DNA of 64,000 nucleotides, taken from an uncultured Clostridia bacterium (GTDB lineage Bacteria > Bacillota > Clostridia > Oscillospirales > CAG-272). The translations under genes were made by a program, and so were the position numbers. The notes beneath the pieces are model-generated. The model did not search any database and had not been told where the DNA came from. It saw only the letters and a program-made list of their open reading frames with translations. The DNA is taken from the NCBI GenBank assembly GCA_944384525.1, contig CALWTR010000016.1, positions 4,546 through 68,545 of the forward strand. The letters are read 5' to 3'. Positions within the stretch are counted from its first letter, which is position 1. Each line of letters begins with the position of its first letter. Below, piece by piece: positions 47,934-56,523 of the stretch.

Positions 47934-50147
47934 TCATCTGTCCTGTCTCTGCTGTGACCTCAATCTTCTCAACAGATTTGATTTTTCAAGATCTGTTTTC
48001 TGAGTTCTCGTATGTATCTTAAATATATAACAATCGTCGCTCAACTCTTTGGTGTCGACGATATTGAGCTCATTCAAAACTTTTATTATTATCCTCAACT
48101 TAACATAACCGAGCGTCTGTCCAGAGGACCTCACCCTGTTGAGTATAGAACGGTTCGTCATAGAATCGAAACCGTTTCTGAGAGAATTATATATGACCTT
48201 ATAAACCGCCGCGAAATCATCTCGTGAAGGTATGACATCGTCATCGCAAGAAAAGGCGCCGCCGTTCCAGATATATTCGAACTGTTTCTTTTCATCCGCA
48301 GTTTTCAGCGTTTCCGCTTCCGCAACTCTTATATCTCTGACTATCAGCTGTATGTTTTTTCTGCCGTTCCATTCGTTGATATCAATGTTAAAAATGAGAT
48401 CAGCCTTATCTCCGACATAGATATCCAGCCCGGACGGTGGCATGGAAAAAAACATTGCCGACAATTCCCTAGTTCCATCGCTCAACGTAAGTCTTGTATG
48501 TTTTCCGCCGCTGACTCCGTATATCTCGTTGACAGTAACGCCCCTCATCAAAAATACGGGAACGGGATTTTCAACGCCGTACGGCTCCAAAAGCTGGAGC
48601 TGCTGTGCCAGAGTCATCGTTATATCAGAAAATCCTATCTCGCAGTCAGCCTCAAGGATAGGCACCATATTCTCATCGTTGAATACAGAGCGCGCATAAT
48701 CGTTTATCTCTTTTTTGAACAGATCGAGATCCATCCTCCTGACGCTGAGCCCAGCCGCAAGTTCATGTCCTCCGAACTTTATGAGCCTGTCCGAGCAGTG
48801 GACAAGGGCATCTACCAGGTTCATACCTTTTATGCTCCTGCCGGAGCCCTTTCCGACATCATACGGAGATTTAACGAACGGATCGCACCCCTCAAACGAG
48901 ATCAAAATCGACGGGAGCGAGTATTTCTCGGTTATTCTCGAGGACACGATCCCTATGACTCCGTTATGCCAGTCATCCGCGTCAAGAACTATCACCGGGT
49001 CATTTTCAAAATCGTGCTCCTTTTCGATCTTGGCGTACGCCTCTTCGATTATGGAATTCTCCTCATTTTGTCTCTCCCGGTTTGCCTCACACAGCTCCGA
49101 GGCATAAAACATAGCTTTATCGTACGTATCAGCGAGGAAAAGCTCTACAGCGATCCCGGCGCTCCTTACTCGTCCGGCGGCATTTATCCGCGGAGCAAGC
49201 GTATATCCGATATAGCCCGAAGTTATCTTATGCTTTTTTTGTATCTTTTTATCGTCCGTCTCAACACGCTGTATCTTTCCCGACGCCGCGTCCATAAGGG
49301 CGCTTATCCCGGGCCGAGGCGAATTTTCTATCATCTTCAGTCCATAGCTGACTATTATGCGGTTTTCGCTCTTGATCGGCATAACGTCCGCTATTGTCCC
49401 TATGGCGACAAGATCGGCATATTCCGCAAATATACGCTTTGCGCACTCGATCTTACTGTCTCCGCTTCTCTTTTCCTCAAATGCCGAGATCAGCTTGAAT
49501 ATTACTCCGACCCCCGCCAGTTCCTTGAAAGGATACGTGCAGTCCGGGCGGTGCGGATTTATGACCGCGCAGGCATCCGGTATATTTCCCCTGCATTCAT
49601 GGTGATCCGTTACGATAAAATCTATTCCTTTTTCCCGAGCGTAAATTACCTCGTCGTTCGCAGTGATACCGGTGTCGACAGTAATTATCAGTTTTGTCCC
49701 GTTCTGCGCTATATTATCTATTGCCTGTACCGATACTCCGTATCCTTCGCCCGCCCTGTTCGGTATGTAGTAACCGACGTCTGCGCCGAGCGATTTAAGA
49801 TAAAGATACAAAGTGCATACCGCCGTAACTCCGTCAACATCATAATCGCCATAGACTGTTATTTTCTCATGGTCGCGCAGTGCCGCAGATATCCTGTCGC
49901 ATGCCTTGTCGGCGTCTGCCATAGCGAATGGATCGCATAGGAGCTCAGTCTCCATATATACGAACTCTCGCGCGCTTTCCGGAGTTTTATAGCCTCGGTT
50001 ATAGAGCAGCCTTGCCACCACAGAGCAAAGTCCGAGCGCATCGGAGATATCAGAGACCTCTTTCGGTGCCTCTGAATACTCCTCCTTTAGCACCCATTTT
50101 TTGTCCCTGCCGCTTTTGATTTTTCTGATCATTTTATATATTTCCAC
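47934..50147 (-). CDS. recJ: single-stranded-DNA-specific exonuclease RecJ
   Basis: DHH motifs (VYGDYDVDGVT, TVDTGI, VTDHH) and the DHHA1 motif (GGHELAAG). Follows the recJ-relA-dtd order common in Firmicutes. Confidence 0.93.
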   Translation of the reverse strand: MEIYKMIRKIKSGRDKKWVLKEEYSEAPKEVSDISDALGLCSVVARLLYNRGYKTPESAREFVYMETELLCDPFAMADADKACDRISAALRDHEKITVYGDYDVDGVTAVCTLYLYLKSLGADVGYYIPNRAGEGYGVSVQAIDNIAQNGTKLIITVDTGITANDEVIYAREKGIDFIVTDHHECRGNIPDACAVINPHRPDCTYPFKELAGVGVIFKLISAFEEKRSGDSKIECAKRIFAEYADLVAIGTIADVMPIKSENRIIVSYGLKMIENSPRPGISALMDAASGKIQRVETDDKKIQKKHKITSGYIGYTLAPRINAAGRVRSAGIAVELFLADTYDKAMFYASELCEANRERQNEENSIIEEAYAKIEKEHDFENDPVIVLDADDWHNGVIGIVSSRITEKYSLPSILISFEGCDPFVKSPYDVGKGSGRSIKGMNLVDALVHCSDRLIKFGGHELAAGLSVRRMDLDLFKKEINDYARSVFNDENMVPILEADCEIGFSDITMTLAQQLQLLEPYGVENPVPVFLMRGVTVNEIYGVSGGKHTRLTLSDGTRELSAMFFSMPPSGLDIYVGDKADLIFNIDINEWNGRKNIQLIVRDIRVAEAETLKTADEKKQFEYIWNGGAFSCDDDVIPSRDDFAAVYKVIYNSLRNGFDSMTNRSILNRVRSSGQTLGYVKLRIIIKVLNELNIVDTKELSDDCYIFKIHTRTQKTDLEKSNLLRRLRSQQRQDR

Positions 50148-50255
50148 ATGCAGAAAAATAATTTTCCGCCTTCCATTTTAATACATCCTTAAAAATACCG
50201 CAGGACTGGCTGATGCGCCCCGCTCACAGGTATGCACCTGTGACTTTGACCGAAT

Positions 50256-51887
50256 TCAGAACGCACGGTATTTTTTCATAAGCGCCGCCGCGGTATGTAT
50301 CCCGTCTGTGGCCGCGCTTGTTATACCTCCGGCATATCCCGCCCCTTCGCCTGCAGGATATAAGTTTTCATACCCGAGAGCTGTGCGCTCGGTCTTTGAT
50401 CTCAGGATCCTTATCGGAGCGGATGTCCTTGTCTCCGCACCGGTGAGCACTGCTCCATCCGAGGCAAAGCCGCGTATCTTGCGATCGAACGCATACAGCG
50501 CGTCGCGGATCGCCCCTGGAACGAGGGCCGGCAAATATAAGTCCGGTGAAACTATTTTATATTTCCCGCCTCGGTATGACGGGAAAACGTCGTAGGGCTC
50601 TGTCATAGCTCGGCCATTGAGAAAATCCCCGACCGTGACCGCAGGGGCAGAATAGTCTTCACCGCCGGCGACAAAAGCCGCTTTTTCTATTTTCCTTTGA
50701 AATTCTATCGCACCGATGGGAGTATTGCCATAATCCTCGGGAAATATCGAGCATACAACAGCGGAGTTTGAATTTTTTCCGTCGCGCGCAAATCGGCTCA
50801 TACCGTTGACCACGACGCCGCCTGCCTCGCTGGCGGCAGCTACGACCTCCCCGCCCGGGCACATACAGAATGTATAAACACCGCGCTGTTTCGTATTATG
50901 CGAAAGGGCGTACTCCGCATGCCCGAGCACAGGATCGCCCGCAAATTTTCCGTACATCGCACGGTCTATGTCCGTCCTGTGATGTTCGATCCTCATACCC
51001 ACGGAATACGGCTTGGGCTCTATGCAGAGACCCGTCTTGATCATTGAAACGTAAGTATCTCTCGCGCTGTGGCCGACAGCGAGTATCAGAGCGCCGCAAG
51101 GTATCTCGCCTTTATTTGTTACCGCGGAATATACCTTTCCGCCGGATGACTTTACACCGATCAATGTGGTATGAAAATATACGTCCGCACCGAGCTCCGT
51201 CAGTCTATTCAGGATTCCTGAAACTATGCCCCTAAGATAATCAGTCCCTATATGCGGTTTTGCCGTATAAAGTATCTCGTCCCGCGCGCCGAACTCGTGA
51301 AAACGCGAGATGACATAACCGGCCACGGGATCGTTTATCCTGGTCACAAGCTTTCCGTCCGAAAATGTTCCGGCTCCTCCGGCCCCGAACTGTATGTTGG
51401 TATCGGGATCGAGAATGCCCGTCCTATTGAAAAGCTCGACTTTTTCGAATCTCTCCGATATATCTCCGCCCCTCTCTATAAGGATCGGGCGGTATCCGTT
51501 CTCTGCCAGAACCAGCGCGGCGAAAATACCGCAAGGGCCGCTCCCGACAACTACCGGGCGGCCGCTCATAGTCTCATTACCGAACTCAAATACCGGGGCC
51601 GCAGAATTCAGTATGACGGCGCCGGCGGCGGTAAGCGCGGCAAGCTCCGCATCCGAAAACTCAGCGCTGACCGCTACGGAATACAAAAAGCATATCCTGT
51701 TTTTGTCTCTTGCGTCCACTGAACGTCGGAAGATCTTGTACGCCGCACCATCAACGACATCCCCGCTGTTTTTCAATATTGCCCGCGCCCTGGCAAATAC
51801 CTCTCCCTTATCCGCGTGTATATGTGACCTTATCCCTCCGATGATAACGGTACTGCGGCTCTCTTTGTCTTTTAAAGAAGTACTCAC
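50256..51887 (-). CDS. FAD-dependent oxidoreductase (COG2509-like)
   Basis: VVVGSGPCGIFAALVLAENGYRPILIERG dinucleotide fold, plus FGAGGAGTFSDGKL and GEGAGYAGGI. The start is uncertain: GTG 51887 overlaps the stop of an upstream micro-ORF as GTGA, and the alternative is TTG 51935 from the track. Confidence 0.8.
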   Translation of the reverse strand: MSTSLKDKESRSTVIIGGIRSHIHADKGEVFARARAILKNSGDVVDGAAYKIFRRSVDARDKNRICFLYSVAVSAEFSDAELAALTAAGAVILNSAAPVFEFGNETMSGRPVVVGSGPCGIFAALVLAENGYRPILIERGGDISERFEKVELFNRTGILDPDTNIQFGAGGAGTFSDGKLVTRINDPVAGYVISRFHEFGARDEILYTAKPHIGTDYLRGIVSGILNRLTELGADVYFHTTLIGVKSSGGKVYSAVTNKGEIPCGALILAVGHSARDTYVSMIKTGLCIEPKPYSVGMRIEHHRTDIDRAMYGKFAGDPVLGHAEYALSHNTKQRGVYTFCMCPGGEVVAAASEAGGVVVNGMSRFARDGKNSNSAVVCSIFPEDYGNTPIGAIEFQRKIEKAAFVAGGEDYSAPAVTVGDFLNGRAMTEPYDVFPSYRGGKYKIVSPDLYLPALVPGAIRDALYAFDRKIRGFASDGAVLTGAETRTSAPIRILRSKTERTALGYENLYPAGEGAGYAGGITSAATDGIHTAAALMKKYRAF

Positions 51888-52056
51888 GGTAAAAGGTAAA
51901 GCGTGAATTTTATCACGAAAGCCAGTATTATGCAAATAAATATTGCTATAATATCGGAATATTTTATCCCGAACAATCTTTTGCTCTTCTTCATATTCAA
52001 AACACCATAAATGTAATTTTTATCAGGATCAAAAACGCGGCTCTGCTAATAAACAT

Positions 52057-52929
52057 TTATGAAAGATCAGCGCGGGAGTCTTCCTTCGAGTCGCTTGCCG
52101 TTATAAAATTGTTTGCCATCTGATTTACGAGGAAGGTCTTAAGCGTCTTTGAGGTGTAGTCCCTTGTGAGCTCCCTGTTATGAGCTACCGAAATGATACC
52201 GGTCTCCTCAGATACCACTATTACGATGGCGTCGCTTATTTCGCTCATCCCGATAGCCGCGCGATGTCTTGTTCCCAGATCCGGATCAACATCCGACCTG
52301 TGAGTCAACTGCAGAAGGCATCCGGCGGCGGCGATCCGGTTATCCTTTATGACGACCGCACCGTCATGCAGGGGCGCTTTATTGAAAAAAATATTTCTCA
52401 GCAATACTGAGCTGACTTTCGCGTCTATCTCCACGCCCGTCCTTATTACGTCGTTCAACTTTTCTATTCTCTCTATCACGATAAGCGCTCCCGTCTTTGT
52501 TCTGGAGAGCTCGGACGCCGTCTCGCACAATATATCTATCATTGTGAAGAAATCTCCACCGCGCTCTTTCTGAACATTTTTTATGCTCTTGATGGAGTTT
52601 ATCCCTATTTTTTCAAACGCATCGCGTATCTCCGGCTGAAATATTATAACGAGGGCTATAAGGCCGTAACCGAAGAAGGATGAGAGAATGTAGTCGACCG
52701 CCGTAAGACCCAGCAGCCTGGCGATACCGGCGACGCAGAGATATATTGCCGCTCCGGTTAGCATCGCGCCCATGCGCCGAAAGCTTATAAATTTATATAC
52801 CGCAAAGAAAATGAGAGAAAGCAATAATATATCTACCGCATCTCTGAATCCGAAACCGGAAAAAAAGGCGCGTGCATTTTCAGCGAATGAGGAAAATGAA
52901 AAATCAACGCTCAGGAAGGAATCAAACAT
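52057..52929 (-). CDS. cdaA: diadenylate cyclase CdaA (c-di-AMP synthase)
   Basis: Three N-terminal TM helices plus a DisA_N domain: TGALIVIER, LHDGAVVI, LGTRHRAAIGMSE and VVSEETG. Confidence 0.93.
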   Translation of the reverse strand: MFDSFLSVDFSFSSFAENARAFFSGFGFRDAVDILLLSLIFFAVYKFISFRRMGAMLTGAAIYLCVAGIARLLGLTAVDYILSSFFGYGLIALVIIFQPEIRDAFEKIGINSIKSIKNVQKERGGDFFTMIDILCETASELSRTKTGALIVIERIEKLNDVIRTGVEIDAKVSSVLLRNIFFNKAPLHDGAVVIKDNRIAAAGCLLQLTHRSDVDPDLGTRHRAAIGMSEISDAIVIVVSEETGIISVAHNRELTRDYTSKTLKTFLVNQMANNFITASDSKEDSRADLS

Positions 52930-53039
52930 ATCTAAAACCTCATGAAGATCGGCACAAAATTCTGAAATCGATTGTTGCGCGGAGATATCCCCGACTGCAT
53001 GCGTCCGAAAGCGTATAGCTCCGGTATTTTAATATATTC

Positions 53040-53068
53040 ATTATAACATATGTACATTAGAAATTCAA
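53040..53068 (-). promoter_or_regulatory. candidate sigma-A promoter of cdaA
   Basis: On the minus strand: TTGAAT (53068-53063), 17-nt spacer, TGt-TATAAT (53045-53040). Predicts a leader of about 100 nt. Confidence 0.55.
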
Positions 53069-53381
53069 ACCTTTTTTTAATATTTTTTACTCGTTTTCTC
53101 CAATATATTTTCCGATATATTTTGTTTTTAAAGTTCCGAAACGCCTCATCAGTAAATTAAAGTTTGTAGAAGCGTTATTATTTTCGCAAACTTTTACAGA
53201 CGGCCACAGCTGATGTGCGTATGTATTTCTTCAATAAAAACAAATATTTTTCGCCTTGTATACGTGTTGTGTTTAAAATTAGAAATCATGCTCTTTCGTA
53301 GTTGCCGCACAGCCGATCCGTTATATCAGCAGCATGTTGAAAATAAATATACATTTTTTGTGTATTTTTCTCAAATAACAC

Positions 53382-53410
53382 TTGACTTGCAGAAAAATGC
53401 GTGCTATAAT
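53382..53410 (+). promoter_or_regulatory. sigma-A type promoter of the crp-ABC operon
   Basis: TTGACT (53382-53387), 17-nt spacer, TGc-TATAAT (53405-53410). Lies 33 nt upstream of the GTG start. Confidence 0.65.
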
Positions 53411-53442
53411 ATGTCTCATATGATACACATTGGAGGTTTGCC

Positions 53443-54099
53443 GTGGAAAAAGAATATATCGATTTCATGGAAAACACTTTTTTGTTCAGTGTGCTCCCTG
53501 CCGAAAAACGACGTGAAGCAATCAGAGAATGTGATTTTGAAATAAAAACGTTTTCAAAAAATGAAAACGTATATTCAGACCTTTCCGATGAAAAGAAGAT
53601 CGGGTTCGTATATACCGGCGAAGTGCTGGTTACAATGGGTAAAAAAACCGTCAAAAAGACTCAGCGCGGAGAATCCTTCGGCATTCTTTCCCTCTTCTCC
53701 GATTCACATTATCCTACCGTGATAAAAAGCGCAAATTCATGCGTCATAATTTTCATAAATCGTGCGGAAATTGAAAAAATACTTTACAAATATCCGCAGG
53801 TAGCGCTTGAGGTCATAAAATTCCTCTCAGGGAGGATACTGTTCCTCAATCAGAAAATAAACGAATATTCCGCGCCGTCTGCGGTATCAAAGCTGGCATG
53901 TTTTCTGCTTGGCAAAGACTGCGGAGACGGTGCCGTCGATATTCCGAACGGCAGAAAATTTCTTGCGGAAACTCTCTCGCTCGGACGCGCATCACTATAC
54001 CGTGCCATAGATACCTTGGAGCGCGCCGGGATCATACAATGTTGCGGGAAAAAAATAATAATAAAAAATAAAGAACATTTGGAGGAACTTTCAAAATGA
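53443..54099 (+). CDS. Crp/Fnr family transcriptional regulator
   Basis: cNMP-binding-like beta-roll (FGILSLFS...) and C-terminal HTH (ETLSLGRASLYRAIDTLERAGII). No N-terminal Cys cluster. GTG start lies 6 nt after TGGAGG. Confidence 0.85.
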   Translation: MEKEYIDFMENTFLFSVLPAEKRREAIRECDFEIKTFSKNENVYSDLSDEKKIGFVYTGEVLVTMGKKTVKKTQRGESFGILSLFSDSHYPTVIKSANSCVIIFINRAEIEKILYKYPQVALEVIKFLSGRILFLNQKINEYSAPSAVSKLACFLLGKDCGDGAVDIPNGRKFLAETLSLGRASLYRAIDTLERAGIIQCCGKKIIIKNKEHLEELSK

Positions 54100-55082
54100 A
54101 AAAAATCATCGCACTTATCCTGTTCGTATCGACAATGTTGACCGCTCTGGCAGCTTTCACAGCGTGCGGAGAAGATACCGACAACTACAAACTGAAAGTC
54201 GGTTATCTCTCGGGTCCTACCGGTATGGGAATGGCAAAACTGATAGAGGACGACAAAAACTCAGAGTCCCCCTCTTATGAATTCAAGCAGTTCAGCGATC
54301 CCAATACCGCTGTTACGGAGATAATATCCGGACAGCTCGACCTCGCATGCGTACCGACGAACACAGCATCGGTACTTTACAACAGAACAAATGGACAGGT
54401 AGATGTTCTCGCGCTGAATACTCTCGGGGTGCTCTATCTTCTGGAGGACGGAAACACTATCACATCTCTGTCAGATCTGAGGGGAAAGACCATCTATGCA
54501 AGCGTTCCCGGCTCCACTACCGAGTATATACTCAACCATATATTGACGACAGCCGGCATCGACCCTGAAAATGACGTTGATATAATATATGAGCCGGATC
54601 ACGACGCGCTTGTAGCCAAGATCGTTACCGGTGAAGCTAAGCTGGCAGTGCTCCCCGAGCCTAAAGTAACTGCGGCGCTCGTCCAGTCCGGCAAGGAAAG
54701 CCTGAGGATAGCAATGAGCCTTACCGAGGAGTGGGACAAGATATCCGATACGCCACTTGTTCAGGGATGCATAGTTGCAAGAAAAGGTATAATAGACGAG
54801 CACAAATCTGTTATAGATAAATTCCTCTCAGACTACGAAGCGTCTATAAACTATATCAAAAACCCCGACAATCTTGACAGTGCGGCACAGTTGATCGTCT
54901 CAGCCGGGATCATACCGAAACTTCCGATCGCAAAAACGGCTCTTCCCAACTCCAACATCACCTATATAGACGGCGAGGATATGAAATCGGCACTCTCCGA
55001 TTTTCTGACGGTACTCTATCAGAGCAATCCTCAATCCATAGGTGGAAGTATGCCTGAAGACGACTTCTATTATGCTAAATAA
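54096..55082 (+). CDS. ABC transporter substrate-binding lipoprotein (NMT1/THI5-like, NitT/TauT family)
   Basis: Lipobox LAAFTAC. KVGYLSGPTGMGMAKL and LAVLPEP motifs are typical of NMT1-type binding proteins. ATGA overlap with the crp stop. Confidence 0.8.
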   Translation: MKKIIALILFVSTMLTALAAFTACGEDTDNYKLKVGYLSGPTGMGMAKLIEDDKNSESPSYEFKQFSDPNTAVTEIISGQLDLACVPTNTASVLYNRTNGQVDVLALNTLGVLYLLEDGNTITSLSDLRGKTIYASVPGSTTEYILNHILTTAGIDPENDVDIIYEPDHDALVAKIVTGEAKLAVLPEPKVTAALVQSGKESLRIAMSLTEEWDKISDTPLVQGCIVARKGIIDEHKSVIDKFLSDYEASINYIKNPDNLDSAAQLIVSAGIIPKLPIAKTALPNSNITYIDGEDMKSALSDFLTVLYQSNPQSIGGSMPEDDFYYAK

Positions 55083-55839
55083 GCATCCGGCTCTCCTAAA
55101 AAAAACGCTGTCTGCATTTGCCGTACTGATATTCTGGATAGCGGTATGGTATGCCGCGGCGGCGATAGTCGGATACGAGCTGATACTTCCTTCTCCTTTA
55201 AACGTTATAATTTCATTCGGCGGCCTCATCCGCGGCGGCGAGATCTTTGCCGCCGTCGGAGCTTCATTACTGAGGGTCATGATCGGATATATAGCCGGCG
55301 TTGCCGCAGGTGTGATCACGGCACTGTTGACCGACAGGTCCGCAGTGCTCAGACAGATCCTCGCTCCCATGCTGACAGTGATCAAATCCACTCCTGTTGC
55401 GTCCTTTATAATGCTCGCATGGATGTTTGTCGGCAATGAGAAACTGCCGATCCTGGTCTCTTTCATGATGGTATTGCCAATAATCTGGCAAAATACTGAA
55501 GCCGGACTTTCTGCTATGGACAAAGAGCTCTCCGAGGTGGCCGAGATATATGAACTCAAGTTTGCCAAAAAGCTGCGCATATTCATCATCCCGTCGCTCC
55601 TGAGCTTTGTGATACCGGCGCTGATAACATCAATGGGACTGGCTTGGAAAGCGGGGATAGCGGCAGAAGTTATATCGCACTGTAAAAATTCCATAGGCAA
55701 CGGCATTTACGAGTCAAAGACCTATCTTGAAACTCCGGAGCTTTTTGCATGGACGGCGATAGTAATTGTTCTCAGCCTGATCATAGAATGGCTTCTGAAG
55801 TTGCTTGGGAGGAGGCTTATGAAATTTGAACGAATATAA
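55072..55839 (+). CDS. ABC transporter permease (NitT/TauT family)
   Basis: Six TM helices with an EAA-like loop. ATG 55072 overlaps the SBP gene by 11 nt. Confidence 0.8.
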   Translation: MLNKHPALLKKTLSAFAVLIFWIAVWYAAAAIVGYELILPSPLNVIISFGGLIRGGEIFAAVGASLLRVMIGYIAGVAAGVITALLTDRSAVLRQILAPMLTVIKSTPVASFIMLAWMFVGNEKLPILVSFMMVLPIIWQNTEAGLSAMDKELSEVAEIYELKFAKKLRIFIIPSLLSFVIPALITSMGLAWKAGIAAEVISHCKNSIGNGIYESKTYLETPELFAWTAIVIVLSLIIEWLLKLLGRRLMKFERI

Positions 55840-56413
55840 CATAAAAGCTCAAAATATAACTAAGCGTTTCGGCTCTGAGATCGTCATTGACAACTTCACG
55901 TGTGATTTTATGCCGGACACTCTGTATTCGATAAACGGCGCAAGCGGACGAGGAAAAACCACCCTGCTCCGTATCCTTGCAGGCCTTGACCGGAATTTTT
56001 CCGGGATCCTGGACATCCGCGGGAAATGCTCTGTCATGTTTCAGGAGCACAGACTTTTCCCCTCGCTCAGCGCTGTCGACAATATACTTGAGCTTTCTTT
56101 TGAAAAAAAAGATCCTGCTCTGACAGATATGACCATGTCAACTCTCTCCTCACTCGGATTTTCCCCCGAAGACATGAAAAAATATCCGGATGAGCTGTCG
56201 GGCGGAATGAAACAACGCATATCATTTGCAAGAGCACTGCTGTTTAAATCGGATATATTGATCCTGGACGAACCGTTCAAGGAGCTCGACGAAAACTTGC
56301 GCTCCGTTATATCCGATATAATTTTGGGCGAATCAAAGCATCGCACAGTGATCGTCAGCACACACGAAATACCGGAAATTTTTAAAAACTCTGCAATAAA
56401 CATACAGCTTTGA
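55826..56413 (+). CDS. ABC transporter ATP-binding protein (compact, 195 aa)
   Basis: Walker A GASGRGKTT, Q-loop FQEHRLFP, signature LSGGMKQR, Walker B ILILDEPF and H-loop STHE. TTG start lies 9 nt after GGGAGGAGG. Confidence 0.85.
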   Translation: MNEYNIKAQNITKRFGSEIVIDNFTCDFMPDTLYSINGASGRGKTTLLRILAGLDRNFSGILDIRGKCSVMFQEHRLFPSLSAVDNILELSFEKKDPALTDMTMSTLSSLGFSPEDMKKYPDELSGGMKQRISFARALLFKSDILILDEPFKELDENLRSVISDIILGESKHRTVIVSTHEIPEIFKNSAINIQL

Positions 56414-56434
56414 AGATCCGGATCGGCTCAGTAT

Positions 56435-56472
56435 AAAAAAACACCGCGGACATTTTGTCCGCGGTGTTTTTC
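56435..56472. terminator. bidirectional rho-independent terminator
   Basis: 11-bp stem ACACCGCGGAC / GTCCGCGGTGT, flanked by A6 and T5. Confidence 0.85.
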
Positions 56473-56523
56473 ATATTTTGTCGCCCGGTCAGCGGCATAA
56501 AATTGTATTACCGGATCGTATAA

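Noticed and set aside
48498-49940. A 480-aa plus-strand ORF inside recJ. Similar long shadow ORFs occur at 19042-20004 (320 aa, opposite the 2-hydroxyacid dehydrogenase), 54900-55706 (268 aa, opposite the SBP/permease genes) and 14059-14769 (236 aa, opposite clpC).
   Set aside because: For 48498-49940 and 19042-20004 I checked that the frame is the codon-opposed one, the same mechanism as above. All of these ORFs overlap genes with unambiguous conserved motifs. Their translations are Arg/Ser/Ile-rich with no domain signature and no ribosome-binding sites.
53069-53381. Track ORFs 53213-53545 (+, 110 aa) and 53286-53654 (-, 122 aa) in and around the AT-rich spacer upstream of crp.
   Set aside because: Both overlap the well-supported crp promoter and the crp coding start. 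They have no SD and give Cys/Phe/Ile-rich translations typical of AT-rich non-coding DNA. I also found no convincing CRP (TGTGA-N6-TCACA) or FNR (TTGAT-N4-ATCAA) box there.
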